A DNA stretch of 64,000 nucleotides from Amphiscolops sp. MND2022 (Eukaryota): contig OZ076409.1 of the NCBI GenBank assembly GCA_964187785.1, forward strand, positions 18,106,001 to 18,170,000. The letters run 5' to 3'. The first letter of the stretch is position 1, and every line of letters starts with the position of its first letter. Of the stretch, positions 12,701 to 27,700 are shown piece by piece. Below the pieces are notes generated by a model. It was not told the origin of the DNA and made no database searches. It saw nothing but the letters and a program-made list of their open reading frames with translations. The translations under genes were made by a program, and so were the position numbers.

Positions 12701-15700
12701 TGCACTTCATTGTGCGACTTGATGATACCAAACAATTGCCACAACTGGTTGCTGAAATTGTTCATTTCTGGCAAAAATGTGGTCTGACAAGTATTTGTCG
12801 AGAAGCTACGTAAATGGCGTTAATGGTCTCCTTGTAGGTTCCAGTGAACGATTAGCAAACTCAAATTAGAGATCATGGACTACATGCGAGGACCGGGTCT
12901 CAAATCAGCAACCGGCAATTGCGTTCCGCAAGCTTTGATAAAAAACACATAATTGTATTCGCAACACAACTTTGTAGAGGTAACGTTTGCAGAGTAGTTT
13001 CTGAAAACTTGCAAGCCGGACCTAAAATTGAACACAAGGAGCATCCAAAATGTCAAATTGAAATAACATTTACAAAAACAAACTACCAGACGAATGAGAC
13101 CTGATTCAACTCAATCAATTGCTGACAAATACTTTCTCCAAAACCGCCGACTAGCAAACATCGTTTTTTATCACTTTGCATACTCAAGAAACAAAATTCA
13201 TTGTCTAGAGCACGTTGAACGAGTGGAGGATTTTTTGATCCTCCTAAATTCGGACAGTATTGAAAAAAAATATTGGTGAATATATATTGAAAAAATCTAA
13301 TTTCAGGCCAAAAAGGAGAATTTTGAAACATTCTCATAGTGCTGGAAATGAAAAAGGGGGATTTGTTAACCCCTTGGAATTTGCTAACATCCATTCTGTT
13401 GCAAAGTATCAAAAAATTGAAGGGTCCTTTTGAAGCATTGAAAAATTTTCGAAAAATGAGAATTTTGAACAGTCCGAAAAATGTAGAGGGACCCTTTGGG
13501 CTTTTTTAACAGCCAATTTGTTGCAAAATATCAACAAATTGAAGGGGGAACATTTGGAGACATTAAAAATTCAAAGAAAAGTCTCACAAAGCCAAAAAAA
13601 TCGACGGGGGGATCTTTTAGTCTCGTCCAGTTTTGTATGTTACATTAAAAAAGAAAAAAAGTGAAAGGGAGACCCCTTGCACTAACTTGAATGCGTTTCC
13701 GAGGCGTTCGTTTGGCCGCTTTAGAGGAAAATGCGCCGACTAAAAATGAACAGCCAAAATTATTGGTAGTTTAGTCGAGACAATTTTCTAGGGAGTGGAA
13801 ACTTAGGTAATTTCTTTCTATGATCATTTTGCGGTGTATTTCCTTAAGGAGGCTATTTTCAGAGAGTGTTAAATTGAACAGTTCTTGATAGATGTAAATC
13901 GATGGAACAAAGTTTGTCCCTGTCATTCACGAAACAGGGTAAAACAAGCTTCCATTGTAACAAACTTGAAGTGAGATGACTTGGGTAGAAATTATAGTGA
14001 GACAAATGGCCCAAAAATTGTGTACAAACCGGCTCCACTATCTAGGACGCACTCATATCGCTTTTTGCCACCGAAGTTGAAGGGAAATCTGCAACTGGAA
14101 CAAGTCGCCCAGTGCTGTGCATAGTACTCAGCGGTCCCTCCGGTGGAATCTTGGTTTGGGTTGGTTATTTTGATGTTTATCTCCGTGTTTGATGTAGTCA
14201 CTTCTGCAGTGGGAGCTTCTGGGTTTGTGTATACCCCCGTGGCAGGTACAAAGTTGCTCCATGTTTCCAAATCGTTACCTGTTCCTGGGCAATTGAACCT
14301 GTTGGAAAAGGAATCAAGGTTAATCAAAATGCTTGATCATTTAAACGGTTACCGTCAAAAATACCATCGCGAGGACTTGTGATGAAGATAAATCTATCTT
14401 TCAGCTCGTTACCGGCCAAAACATCTCAAGTGAAAACTCTAAAACTTCCTTTCGTTTTGCTATTGCATTTATGACAGCATGTTGCATAAATGACATGTTA
14501 AACACTTTCTGTGTAGAAAACTGACGGATTGTCACTAATTAAGTTCAACCCTTTACCTTTTAAAGGGAACAATGACAGTTTAGTACCTGTCAACAAACTC
14601 TCAACTAAACACAAGGCTTGCCTATTCATTGCACATTTTCACAATGTTGCGAATTAGAAAAGAATATTATCAAGTTTACCCTTCTGGATTATTCATTATA
14701 ACCTTAACATACAACATGAAGAAGTCATGAAAACTATGAAAAATACGAAAACACCAAAAAGTATGAGTTCTTCAAACAGCGAAAATTCTGATAGAAGCAA
14801 CATAAATAAAGAAAAAGCTCAACAAAAAATTACGTTAACTACAAATGACAAACACGGAATTCAGGAGGCAAAACTATAGTGATGAAGGTCCATTCAACAT
14901 CCGAATGCCACAAAACATGGACTTAAACCAGATGACAACAGACGGAGAAAAATACAAAAGTACGGAAACGATCTGAAAACCTGATCAAGGATTTGTTCAT
15001 CTGGGAAATGGGAGAATCAGTTATAGCGGAAATCACAACAACCGCTAGGGACCACTATCAAAACAAAATGGACATCAACCAGCTTCATTCACCGTTCCAG
15101 ATACAATTTATACCGGAACAGAACACGTTCCACAGTCGAGTGGATGTTTTCGTGATAACAAGAGATCCGCACGAAACAGGCGAAGATATATAGACAAGAA
15201 TACTACAAATCGAGAAGACCAATTGGTACTGTAGCGGGCCAGAAGTATGCGTATGCGAATCACCTACTGCAGAAACAATCAAAACATATGCGAAGCACTT
15301 AATTGATCGCAAAGCACCAACGACGGCGCATTCGCGAATTAAAGGAACACAGTTTGAGAGAATTTACGGACGAAAACCAAAAAAAAACGAAAAAAAAACT
15401 ACTCAAACTTATCACCGGGTGTCAAACAAGTGTCGTTTCACCAAAACATGAGGAACTTCAAGTCCTCTGGTTCTCAAATGGGGAAGGACATTATGACCTG
15501 GTCCCAAAGACGCCTCGAAAATTACAGGAAGATGTAAGTAACAAATTCATATTCCTATGTTTAAAGAAGCGGTGAAATTCGAACAATACATTTCAAATTA
15601 ACTAGCAAAAACAAACCCAGTCTTTGAAAAGAGGAGAAGGAAGAACACTGAAAAGGAGCAGACGAAAGCGATCCCCTGGCGATTGCAACCAATCTACGCA

Positions 15701-18700
15701 AGCACGTAGTAAACATGTCAAAAAAACAACCAGAGGAGGCGAGACACAAACGACAACCAGGGTAAACCAACGAGAAATTCTACTAGAATAAGATCGAAAA
15801 ACCATATGGTACAATACGACAATTCGAAAACCCAAAAACATTTGATTGAAAACCCAAAACACAGTAGACAAATTGAATCGACTACCCAATCAGTCACGAG
15901 AATGCGCAATAGTTATCAGTAAAAGTTAGATCAGCTGCTTTGGTATTTTGCGAAGCACTTTCAGTAAACTGTTCCATTTTTTATATGGAATGAGTGAGGA
16001 AGTCTCAATAGCTTACTCCGTGTAATACTGAGAAGGATAAACCTTGCAATAACCTGGTTTTGCATAGTCTCTATTCGGTAAATTTTGATTACCAGCAAGA
16101 CTTAAGAAGAGTAAATTCGTTTATATTTCTTCTTAGCCAAATTCAATAACTTCAACCTGTTATATCCATTTCAGTTCTGTTAAAAGTATTGTTAAAAGCA
16201 AATCAAAACAAGCGGAATAGAATTCTGCTAGAATAATCTGATAGAATTCAAAACAATCTAATGAAACAATTTTAATAATATATAATCTATCAAATTAATG
16301 AAATCTAATACATTGCGAAAAATACTCTCTAACTTCTTAATTAAAAAGGGAGATTCAGTCTCCACTGAGAAAAGTCTAAGTAATTTTTGACTCACCAGAC
16401 CGGGAACTTGATCTCGTTGAAGATTTTTCTAGATAAGAAATCTTCGTTGGTTGAATTATATCTTGGCTAAGTTGGGAGTCGGAGAGTGGAAGTCGGAGTG
16501 AATTATTACACGAGAAATTTTGCTTGAGAGAAAGGGGAAGTATTGAATTAGGGACAAGAGAAATTGTCTAAGGTAAGAGCCAAAAAAGGAAAAGGGAAGA
16601 GAACCAAATAGACTTTTTAACTGCAAGAACAGTATAAGTAATAAAAGAGGGACAAAAATAAGAGAAGAGGGGAGTAAGAGCAACAAGAGAGAAGTGGAAG
16701 AGAAGGTTAGAAAGAAGAGAGCTGTTTCAGTTGAAGCTCTGTCGTTTGGCTGGAAGCATTAACCTCGTATGAGAACAGTCAAAAAGATCTCCGAAACTAT
16801 CTAGCGCCGGCATGCTTTGCATACAACCACTCGTAGCTTCGCTTGAATTTCAAATCACCCCGGTAAATAACAAAAAGTTTCCATTGTGCAATTCAGCCGT
16901 ATTAGTATCTAATTATTCCCCTTATTCTTTGGCAGCTGATATATGGCCGCCGCCATTTTTGATTAAAATTCTCCCCCTCCTGGTCGCGAAGTTAGTTCAA
17001 TTCCGTGTTTCATTTCGTACGTGTTGTATTAAATATAAACAACACTGAAGCACTAGAGTGATTGTTGAGCTGGAGTCATAACGCGACGGAACGTTTTTGT
17101 TATTGAGCTAATAAGATTACCAGCCCAAAAAGGAACCCTTTTTCAGAACGCCTGTAATGTGTAAAACTTGCATTGCTCCGTCGACTGGCTTGTCGGTGAA
17201 TCGCCACCAACTTTTTTACGGAAGAGTAGGATGTTGTTAGAATGGTTGCCGGTACTATTGTTTGGGGAAAGGTGGTGTTTTCTAAGTGTTTAGTGCCATG
17301 ATTATCCAAGTTCAAGTGCCTGATTGGAAGTAGAAAGTCATCATTTCAACGTGGTAGCGTAAGATTTTTTTTTTCAAATGTAAGAACGATGAAAGCTTCC
17401 TCCATACAAGGATTCTAAAGCAACAAGTGACGGTGATTCATAAGTGCAAAGCTACAATGTTTCACACACTGTTTCACATAGGTACAAAATATAGTCCCAG
17501 GATGCCAAAAGCATTGCTAAAAGGCCACACCCGTTATTGAGTTACATATAGAAGCGATAACTGGTTAGTTTAAAGAGCTCTGCGGATATACATTCTTCAC
17601 AAAACTGGCTCCCAAAAAGCCATGTTGCTCGTTTGGGAAATTGTACCTGAAAGGGCTACTAACTCGGCTCCCACTCGGTACATGTAGAAGGAAGCTGCAT
17701 CTAGACTTTCGAAGGTATGTTTAGCTGTTGTTAGGCTGCCTGCGGGGTTTTCAACAGCTGCTTCACTATTCTTCTGGAACTTGTACTTTGTAGGGACTGA
17801 TGAAGTTCCTGGCTGGTCACACTGCACTCGTTGGGTGTCGTGAGCCACTGGTACCACTTTGCAGTTCGCAGGAGCTGTTGGAGCTGAAAACATGGAACTA
17901 CTTGAGAAGCACAATCATATGTTGCTAATACTTTGAGGAATGCTTCATATTTCGCTCTAAGTGTCATATGATATTATATGAACTCGGAGGTCTTTTCAAT
18001 CGGGTCGTCTCTTACCTTCCGTACCCGAGTAAATTCAGTTTCATGTAGACCCGCAACTAGCCCCTGTGGGTCGATTTTGCACTGTTTTGTCCTAAAGAGA
18101 GCGTTTTCTTTAAATCAATTTGTCATATTGAAAATGTAACCAGAGCCGCATATGCGGTAAAGGAGTCCGCTTGGATCTTTTTCCTTCTGATTCGCTCGAA
18201 TCCTAGTCATACGAATTTGATGAAATTGCACACAGAGAACCATAACATGGTGTAGAATGACTGTGCAAAATTTCGTTCGAATCGCAAAATTTTTGGTCAT
18301 TTTGGACTATTTTTGGCTTTGTTTCTCAAATCTCAATCATACGATTTTGATGCCATTGCACATATAGAACTCTAATATGGTGTAGAATAACTGTAGCAAT
18401 TTTCGTTTGAATCGTCTGGACAGTTGAGAAAATCGAAAAAGTCGAAAAATGGCTGTTTTTTGGCCATTTTTAAGTCAAGTTTCTCACACCCGTCATACGA
18501 TTTTGATGCCATTGCGCACGCAGGTGTCCTTTTGGGTGCAGAATGACTGTGCAAAATTTTACGAAAATCGTATGGACAGTGTTTGAGAAATTTGAAATTT
18601 TTATTGAAAGGTCGGGAGAAAAGAAAACGAGACGATTTGAGACTATTGAGTAAGTAGTCGAAAATCTTTTTCCGACTCCTAAAAATGCAGTTATGATCTA

Positions 18701-21700
18701 GTTTTTATATTATGTAGAGTCATTTCTTTGAAAGTATTCTGCTTCTTTTTCTTTTGAAAACTATTCAGGCTAGATGTTTTCCCGAAAAGATGTCTCGTAA
18801 GAATATACGACAAAAACAACAGTTACTGTGCGTCTTTTGTAGTTTCAGTGTTTGATTTATCATCTTGCTGGTAATTAATTGGAGATTGATTGTTTAGTCT
18901 TAAATTTCAACCTGGACATCTTCTACACAATTTTTGTACGAAAATATTGACAATCATTCCAATTTGACCAGAATTATGACAACGAAACCATACGAAAAGC
19001 TAAGAATACACAACTGGTGTTTTTAATAAGCTGGTGTCTAATTCTCAATTCTTAAAAATTCATTAACGTACAAGGCTATTGAAGATGCTTAGCTTCTCTA
19101 TTTTAGTTGGTTTGGGAATTTTTGTTGACAGACTTTTTCGTTAGGAGTTTCCTAATATTTGAATAAAAGATTAATTGCACATACAAGAAGGGCTGGAAAT
19201 GAACGCGTCCAAACGGGACGAAAAATTGTTGACTCTTGAAACGAAAGAAAAATCAGTAAGCGGGACAAAACAACCGACTGTTCATTGATTGGCTCATTAA
19301 AGGTAAATATAACTAAGTAGAAAGAGAATACCACGCTTGACGTGAAAAATTAGAGTGACCCTAAAATAAATAAATTAGTAGAATCAACACATTAAAAACG
19401 CTGCCTTAATTGAAATGTTTCGTCAGAATTTTTTGGTTTACTTTCGGAAACCAAGTCGTGGGCTAATTTGTTGTACGTGCGTTCATTTATTTACGCATCA
19501 GCTAGGTGAACGAAAATTTCTTGATCCCAGTTGATTCTGTCGGAAAGTTTTCATGCTGCTTTCAAGCAAACAATGATGAACTTTTCTAAAAAGACATTTA
19601 AAAAAAACTCGAGGAGCTTGCTTGGGAAAATTTTGTTGAGTGACAAAACTTTAAAAAATTCTAATCGAAGAACACAAAACGAAAGGTCTTACAAAAATAT
19701 AACGATTGCATAAAAACAACTGCAAAACTTCATAGCTTCGAATTAACGCCCCCCCCCCCCCCCCGCCCCCAAACTTAAACAAACTAGTGGAGTTGTAATG
19801 CATGGATGTGTTAGCGATTTTGCATAATCATGAGATATTTGCATACATGTGAATTTTGAATGATCAACAAATATTGTTCTAGAGCCTAGTTAAAGTTATT
19901 GACTATTCAAAACTCAAAACTGTTCAGACCTTTTATATTGACCCAGTGAGTTTCTGTTTCATAACAACACCATTTTTATGGTTGGGAAAACAATCATTTT
20001 TGGTTTTGGAGAGCAATGAAAAGTACTTGGAGAGACAACCACAGTATTGATGATCTTCAATCCAAATCCTGCCAAGTTGAAAAACAATTCTAATGAAGGA
20101 ACTCGGAATAACCAAATAGCGCACGCTGCTCATAAGAACGATGAAGTTTTCATCAGTAACCGAAAACTATCGAACAATACTGTTGTTTGTCTCAAGTGTA
20201 ACGTATGGTTGACAACTAAGACAAAGTGGAAAAAAGATGTAGGTTCTCAGCAATTGCTGTCTCTTGGAGACCTAGTGCCTACGATACCTAAAGACTACAT
20301 GCTAAGACTAAATTGAAAAGTCTCAAAGTGGTTTTTGCAGCAAACGTTTCAGACTTTGATTGTACCGAATATTGACATTTTTAGACGACACTTCTTCAAA
20401 AAATACAAAACTCGTACAGTGGCTAGTTTTTCTTCTCCGCCTCACACAAGAACACGCTAAGGTAAAGATCAGTCATCTCTTCAACTCTATGGTTTTTTAC
20501 AAACATTTACATCAATTCAAAGCTTTGAGATAAATTCGAATGACTTATCGAAATCAAAAACGAGGTCTTTTATCGTGCCACAAAAGTACACGAGATTGAG
20601 CAGTATTCGAGTAAGGCTTGCATTATCTTCCGGAACTTACCATTACTATCTGAACGATCAACTATGGAGGATCTGGTAACATTCATCAACAAGCAACTGG
20701 GTACACAGATGGTACCAACAGATATGGTAGCATATCATACGCTGTCTTTTGTGGTGAACCGAGATCAACCATTGGTAAGAAACGCCGAGTTCATTTACTT
20801 TATCGAATAAGGGTTTTTTTTCAAATTTTTCTAAGCCGTTACGCTGTTAATTCAAAGGAGAGAAAAACTAAAAGTAATCAAGAACAGAATGAGGCAAAAA
20901 TGCGTTTTCAACAACCAATTGAAAGCCTCAAGCTCGGATATTACCAAATTCTTGAAACAAACCTTTGTCGACAAAGACGATCTATTGCAACTTAGAAGGA
21001 CTCAGATACTTCGAACAACAACGTAAAACATCTTTCTGACCAGCTAAAGAATTTACTCATTCAATAGATGATCGAAACAAAAGAGTAAAACAGTAAATAC
21101 AGCTAACAAAGGTGGCAGAAGGACATTCAAGGAAGATTCTCCAGTTTTTGAGATTTCACTCAATGAAAGTTGAAATCTGCGTGCAGCGACAAACGACGAT
21201 TACCCGAACTAAGGAATGTCGGTCAACCCAGAGATTGCATAAACAAGGAAATTCGAGTTAAGTGGCAGTTTTGAAGAACAAATGGAATAAACTGAAAAGA
21301 AAAACTATTCTTAATTTGAGTGAAGCGACCTTTTTCATCTTTTCTGACTTCCTTTAAAATCAGTTGGTTGAAGGCGATGTACTAGGTTTTCATGTCGATC
21401 TTTGTGATTCGATCATGAAATCAAAAAACTTTGAAAACACTACCGAGGACCTGAAATTCTTATCATCACAGAATCTTGGTTAACTGAAACTGATTACCTT
21501 GAAACACAATGGTCTTGATTATTACCAATTTAAAGGAAGTTTCAAATCGAAAAAAGAATGATATCGAATTCTAAAATCATCTGGAATGTCCCGTATAACA
21601 AGTGAAATTCTCTTATAATGATGTGAAAACCTTTGTTTTGTGTGCAATCTTTAGACCTGGAACGTTTCATTTAGCAGAACCATCGCTTGAATATTAAGAT

Positions 21701-24700
21701 CTACTGCATTTTTAAAGTTTCTGCCAGACAGACATATTTTCGGCATAATTTCAACAATGACACACTAGAAGAACATAAAGAATAAACGGTATAGACCAAC
21801 TTTTCAGTTTTCAAGTAGGTAACTTTTCACTACCTAGAGTAACCCCGACGTCTTGATTACATGATTACAGAGAGAATGATAACTGCGAATGCAATACAAA
21901 CTGGAATTGATGCCACCTCATAGTCACTACAATCATACCGGCCTGTTCGAAAGAAGGTAAGATAACGAATTTCCCAGAATAGTTCACAAAATGAGTAGAA
22001 TGAAACGTGACAAGCGCGAAACTTTTCCTCTCTGGATTAGAAGCTTAGAAAAATGAATGACACCTCAGACGTTAATGCACAAGGGAGAAAAATTAAAATC
22101 TAATATGGCATTTGAAAATCATTTTGCATTTGGGGAAGCACTGCATGTATTTTATTGAATCTGATATCTGGATAACAAACAAAAATATACAGGGCATTAA
22201 TAGATGTCTTGAGATTTTTCAGCCATGGCTAAATGCCTCCACTGAGTCAAACCGTAAAATGTACAAAGTAGTGGCACAAGTCACAAAATCCATTCAATCA
22301 CACGAGTTGGGAAAGACCAATTACGAAACACTAGGTGTGAACCCGACCGCTATAACAATCTACAAAACACTGGAATCAACAAAAATTGACAAAATCAAAA
22401 AAACTTTCCCTACCTAAAAGTATCAATTATTACAAAACTATCATGCAAGTTCTCAAAATGTCAAAAAAAGAAGCTGACTATGAAAAACAATGTTTGTGCA
22501 ATACCGAACAAAACGAACAAGACCTCTCTGATATGCTGCGTCGTTCTGAGACCAAAAAAAGTATAGTGTTAAAGATGGAAGCAGAAACGAAACTCAAATT
22601 GCACTTTCACAAATTGGTTCACGATCGCGAAGGTATTACTCCTGTATAAGGAAGGACATAAAAAGATCCTAAGACTACAGACCAATCAGTTTATTGAGTT
22701 CATCGGGCAAAATTTTCGGGAAAATAATTCAGAAGTGGATGATGAACTTCTGTCAAAATAGGAATCTTCTTGCCCCAAATAAGTAGGGCTTCAGCGGCAA
22801 ATTGTCTGCTACCCTAGCAAACGCTGCCATAACTGACTTTATTAGAATCCCCAGTGAACAACACTGATTATGCAAATTTGTTTCGTTGATCTCCAGAAGG
22901 GTTTTGAGACCCCAAATCATAATGTTTTGCTCGAAAATTGGAAAATCTTGGATTGCGAGAAAATTACAACCATCAAATACGCAAATATGCACCTGATAAA
23001 GGCAATACGTTAGTGTCACCATGTTGAGCACAGTAAAGCAAAATCTGCATAGGAGTATCACAGGGATGATCATCTTTAGGGACTTTTTCGTTCCTTCTCC
23101 ATCGCAATGATTTATCAAATTACTGAAAATGTACTGATTCACGCATCAAAATTGACATTGTAGCTGTATCTAGTTGGTTTGAAACTATCAATAATTGTCA
23201 GTGCTAAGCAAAATTTTCTGGCTACGGCAAACCTCACAACTTGAGATTTTTGTCAAGCGAATTAGGTTTCCAAAACTAATACTAGTAATTAGTTATCCAC
23301 ATGGGCAGACACTTGAGATTCAGGAAACTTTTAACTATATGGGTACAAAACCTTAAAAACTCTGATGTTTATGAAGTGAAGCTTTTGAGCAAAAAAGATG
23401 ATCAATTTTGTTCTACGTTCGTTTGATTACTTTAATACGGTACAGTGTACAATAGAATCTTGTGTAAAATTGAAGGTCTGCAAAGGAAACTAGATTTATA
23501 TTTTTTTGGGGGAAAAGTTTGCTGGCAGCAAACAGTTGACTGTGTTTGAGTTTTTCGTGGTTGAATTTACTCAGGGAACGTCAACTGTTGGAATCGCCTC
23601 GTATTCTCGTTCAATTAAACCAAGTCTATGATCCTATTTTTTCAAACAAAGAGGCGATTGAGTAACGTGTTTGCTCTATCATACAGTAGAACTGCTACTA
23701 ATAAAACGTCGTAGAAACAACATAAATCAAAAGTCACTTCTCGCTACATTGGCTACCTTTGTGACAACAAACAACTTTAAGAACTGTTCCATAGCTGATC
23801 AACTAAGACTTTTTAATTCTCCTCTTTGATTGGAGTTCATTTGGTTTCACCCTCTTCCCTCGTTCTGTGTCCTTATTGGTTGTTTTTCAAATACATATTG
23901 TTTCAATTTTTTTAACTACTCAATGAAATCAAGTCTATGAAAATTACCTTTATGTAATTTGACTTATAATAAATAAACGTTGAAAAAAATGGTTTGAGTC
24001 CCTACTTCAAATATAGGGTATTTTTGTTTTTGGCTCTCTCAAGCAGAAAAGGAGTGTTCACCCTGTTTCAAACAGTCGTATACTTATATGGTTTCCAACC
24101 TTAACATAAAGTAATTCGGCTATAACCTACAGTTTTGGACATAAATGTCTTTTACAATACCTTTAGTAACCTTAGCATTTCACCTAGAAAGCATCAAAAA
24201 CGTTTTTATTTCTGGTTACTTGAAGATTTCAGCTTTTGTAAAAAACTAGGGATCCCTTTGAAGAACTTGATATTTTGCAACTACGTGGAAACAAAAAGAA
24301 CGCAGAGAGTAAGATTTTCAATTCAGCACTGTCAGTAGATATTTCTCGAAAAGGGGGAAGTAAATAACTTCTAAATAAATAACTTCTAATTAAAATAGTA
24401 AACAACTTCTAAATAAATAAGTTCTAAAATTATTTTAGTAAATAACTTCTAAATTGCAATGGCATCTAGTAAATAACTTCCAAACAGCTATTTTGACGTA
24501 ATTATTTCTATAACGTCGTTAGCTATGTTCACATACCCCTAGTGCCCTAAATGCAGGAGCGAAGCGAAGCGGAGCGACGTGCCATATGGCCATGCCTCAA
24601 TGTTGCTACTTGGCGAAGGGAGCGAAGCGACGGGACGAGCCATACAACAAATATGCTAATCTTTTCAAATAACAGTTTTCGGAATAATAGAACGGTAAGT

Positions 24701-27700
24701 TTATTTTCGGAATAATGGAACGGTTAATTTATTTTCGGAAGAATGAATAGCAATCTTTACTAGAATGATTTCAGAAGTTACCAGACGCAAATGCATTTTA
24801 GAAGTTATTTACTAATATAATTTTAGAACTTATTTATTTAGAAGTTATTTACTAATATAATTTTAGAACTTATTTATTTAGAAGTTATTTACGTGATCCC
24901 TCGAAAACAGATCCAAATTCGAAGTACTCTTAATTTTAGGAGCTTACACATTTTAAGAAAGTTTCCATCCATTTGTCGATGCTTGGTTTCAGATGTTCAA
25001 AAGAAGAGCGATTACTTTTTTGTAAATGAAAGATTAGGGATTTCAATTTCGAGTTGTTCCAGGTTGATTATTCGTTTTATTCGATGCCACGTGACTCACG
25101 ATAGCTTACAAGGTGTCTCATAGGCTGGTTCTTGAATGGTTCTTGTTCTTGGAGTGGAACTATTGTTAATATAATGACTTTGTAATGCAAAAAAAATGCA
25201 TGACCATTGAATTTCATTTCCATTATTAACGATAGATTCAGACATATGTTGCTTCCTTCTCAACACAAAGCCCGCAGAATTTTGACTTGTTACTTACTTG
25301 TGCATTGTGTAACGGCGGTTCCAGAGGTGGTTGCCCAAGGTGTGGCGGCCCCAGCTGTTCTGTACTGAGCCACGATGGTATACGTGAATTCAGTTTGGCT
25401 TGCCAGATTCTGGTCATGAAAGAAGAGTTGTTCGCTGGTAACTGAAGCGGCATCTACTATGTCCGTAGTGTCCCTAGTGACAGTTATTTTCACACTGGGG
25501 TCAGCTGCCGTGTCATCTGCATCCACTCCATACTCCACCATTACAGAAGTTAGCCCGACTGCTTCTACATTCAAAGTGGGTGCTTTTGGTGCTGAAAAAC
25601 ATAACTGAGTAGAAGGTACATAGATTTCCGAAATATTACTGGGCCGAATGTAAGTTACCACACTATTGTTTTTGTTTCGTTATCCTATCTGTAAACATGT
25701 ATGGCAAAGGCAAGGAGCCTAGTCAGCTAACATATGTTGTGTAAGTGTTGAAGTGGTTGAAATAAAATCCAGTGTTTCAAAGTCCAAGCTGAGTTAGCGT
25801 AATGGTATGACTGTGTATCTCAATTGGAAACAAGCCGGAAACAGCATTAGTCGGCGCCCCGCTTAAGGCTCACAAATTGCAAAAGTACTTCAAAGCGTCA
25901 AAGATTCTCAGCTGAATAACTTCTCAATTTCCTTTGGGCTTAAAAATGCTTTTAAAAATTCTCACTAAAAATCACAAAATCAAAATTTTTGTTTTTTTCC
26001 CACCAGAAAATAAAACAAGAACCCTTTTGTGAAATATAATCTCCAAAAAGAGAGCACTGCGCGGAAAAAACCAAAAGGGGCGCCCTTTGGGCCTAAAAAT
26101 GCTTTTTAGAATTCAAAATTAACAAAACCAAAAGGGAGGGCATTTTCGAAAAAAGTCTCAAGTTGCACAAAATTTATTAGGCTTCGAAAAAATGTATATA
26201 ATTCTGACTAATTCGCCATTTTGTAGAGTTTTTGTACAATTTTAACATACGGCATGAACTGGCCACTTCGAGCGTGATGGAAAAAAACACGACGAAAAGT
26301 TGAAATAATATAATAGCCGCGTTTTATTTCATGAAGCACTGACTAAAATTCAATGAGCTAAAAGACAAAAGACACAAAACACTAAATCAAAACGTAAATT
26401 GAGACAAAACTTCGCATTTGGAGTTTTCTAAATTTTCAAAAAAAAATTACGTTGACAGTTGTTTGAAAGTTCTACTGGAAACTTTTTGGAAACAACTTAA
26501 AAAGAAGCCCCTAATCAGTTATTATTAACTTCCATCAATATTTCATGACTGCGCCATGATGATGAGAACGAACTACAGGTTCTAATATACAAAAAGGAGC
26601 TTGAATTAATAAAATCACAGATTTAAATTTAAAGACCGCAAAAATTACAGGCGAAAACGTTAAACATGCATTTTTCCGTAGGACATGAATTAGACATAAA
26701 AGTCCTAAGTGCCCAATTTTCTGAGATTTTGATCAGAATTACAAGGGAAAACAACTTTCACATTGAATGAAATATTAAAATGGTAAATTGCAATCTACTT
26801 ATGATTTTACAGAACTATTTGCAATCTTTATAGCCTTAAAGGTGTGAGAGACTATAGTTCATGAGTATACTTAAGAACTACTAAATTCGCAGGCCACGTT
26901 TAAATATTTAAGCGTAATTTGTTTCATTCAAAATGAAGGAAGTTTCAAAAACCCACCTGTGTAGCAGTCGAAAGTTTTTTCGTTTTTACATTCGCTTGGA
27001 TCACCAGCGCTTTCAAAAATGGACACGATTTTGCAATCGAATGTGGTTGCGGGTGCAATATCGGTAAACTCTGAAGAGGTGATAGCGGTGGACAGAGTGG
27101 CGCTGCTTAGTACACCAGAAGCTACGGTAGTGTACGCCGTCGCGCTCTGAGTTTTGATCATGACGTCATATTTGGTTGGAGCTGGAGTTGGGTTTGTCCA
27201 GGTGATAGTGATGCTGCTATCAGTGGACGTAAACAACTGAGTGGCCAATGCAGGTTCTGAAACGATGTAGACATTTTTATTGAAACCCGATTCGTAAATT
27301 TCAATTGGAAAGTTGTAGAACCGTAAAGCATTGAACATTATTAGAGAAATGAGCGTTTCTTTTTGAATTTCGGGAGACTCTAAATCCACACAAAAAGATA
27401 AGATAAAGTTAACTTCCACAGAAAATGACTGAAAAATTATCAAGTATCAAGTCCAGATCAGTGTGATCTCTTCTTGTTGGAAGTCTAAAACATACTCACT
27501 GGTGCAGAAAGTAGCAGTAATTTCATCAGTGCAAGAAATTCCAGTCACAACAGATGTTATCTTGACAGTGTAGTCTGTTCCGGCAGTTAGTGAAGTTGAG
27601 CCATCTGTAGTGGTGAAAGTGTACTCCAGAGTACTACCGCTGTCGATTTGAGGGGTGAAGGTGTGAGAGTCAAGAGTCACTTCGTACTTGCTGGGGTTGG

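Noticed and set aside
16200..17050. Possible additional solo LTR (purine-rich, TATA-like, ends ...AACA)
   Set aside because: Could not identify matching TG...CA ends with a target-site duplication.
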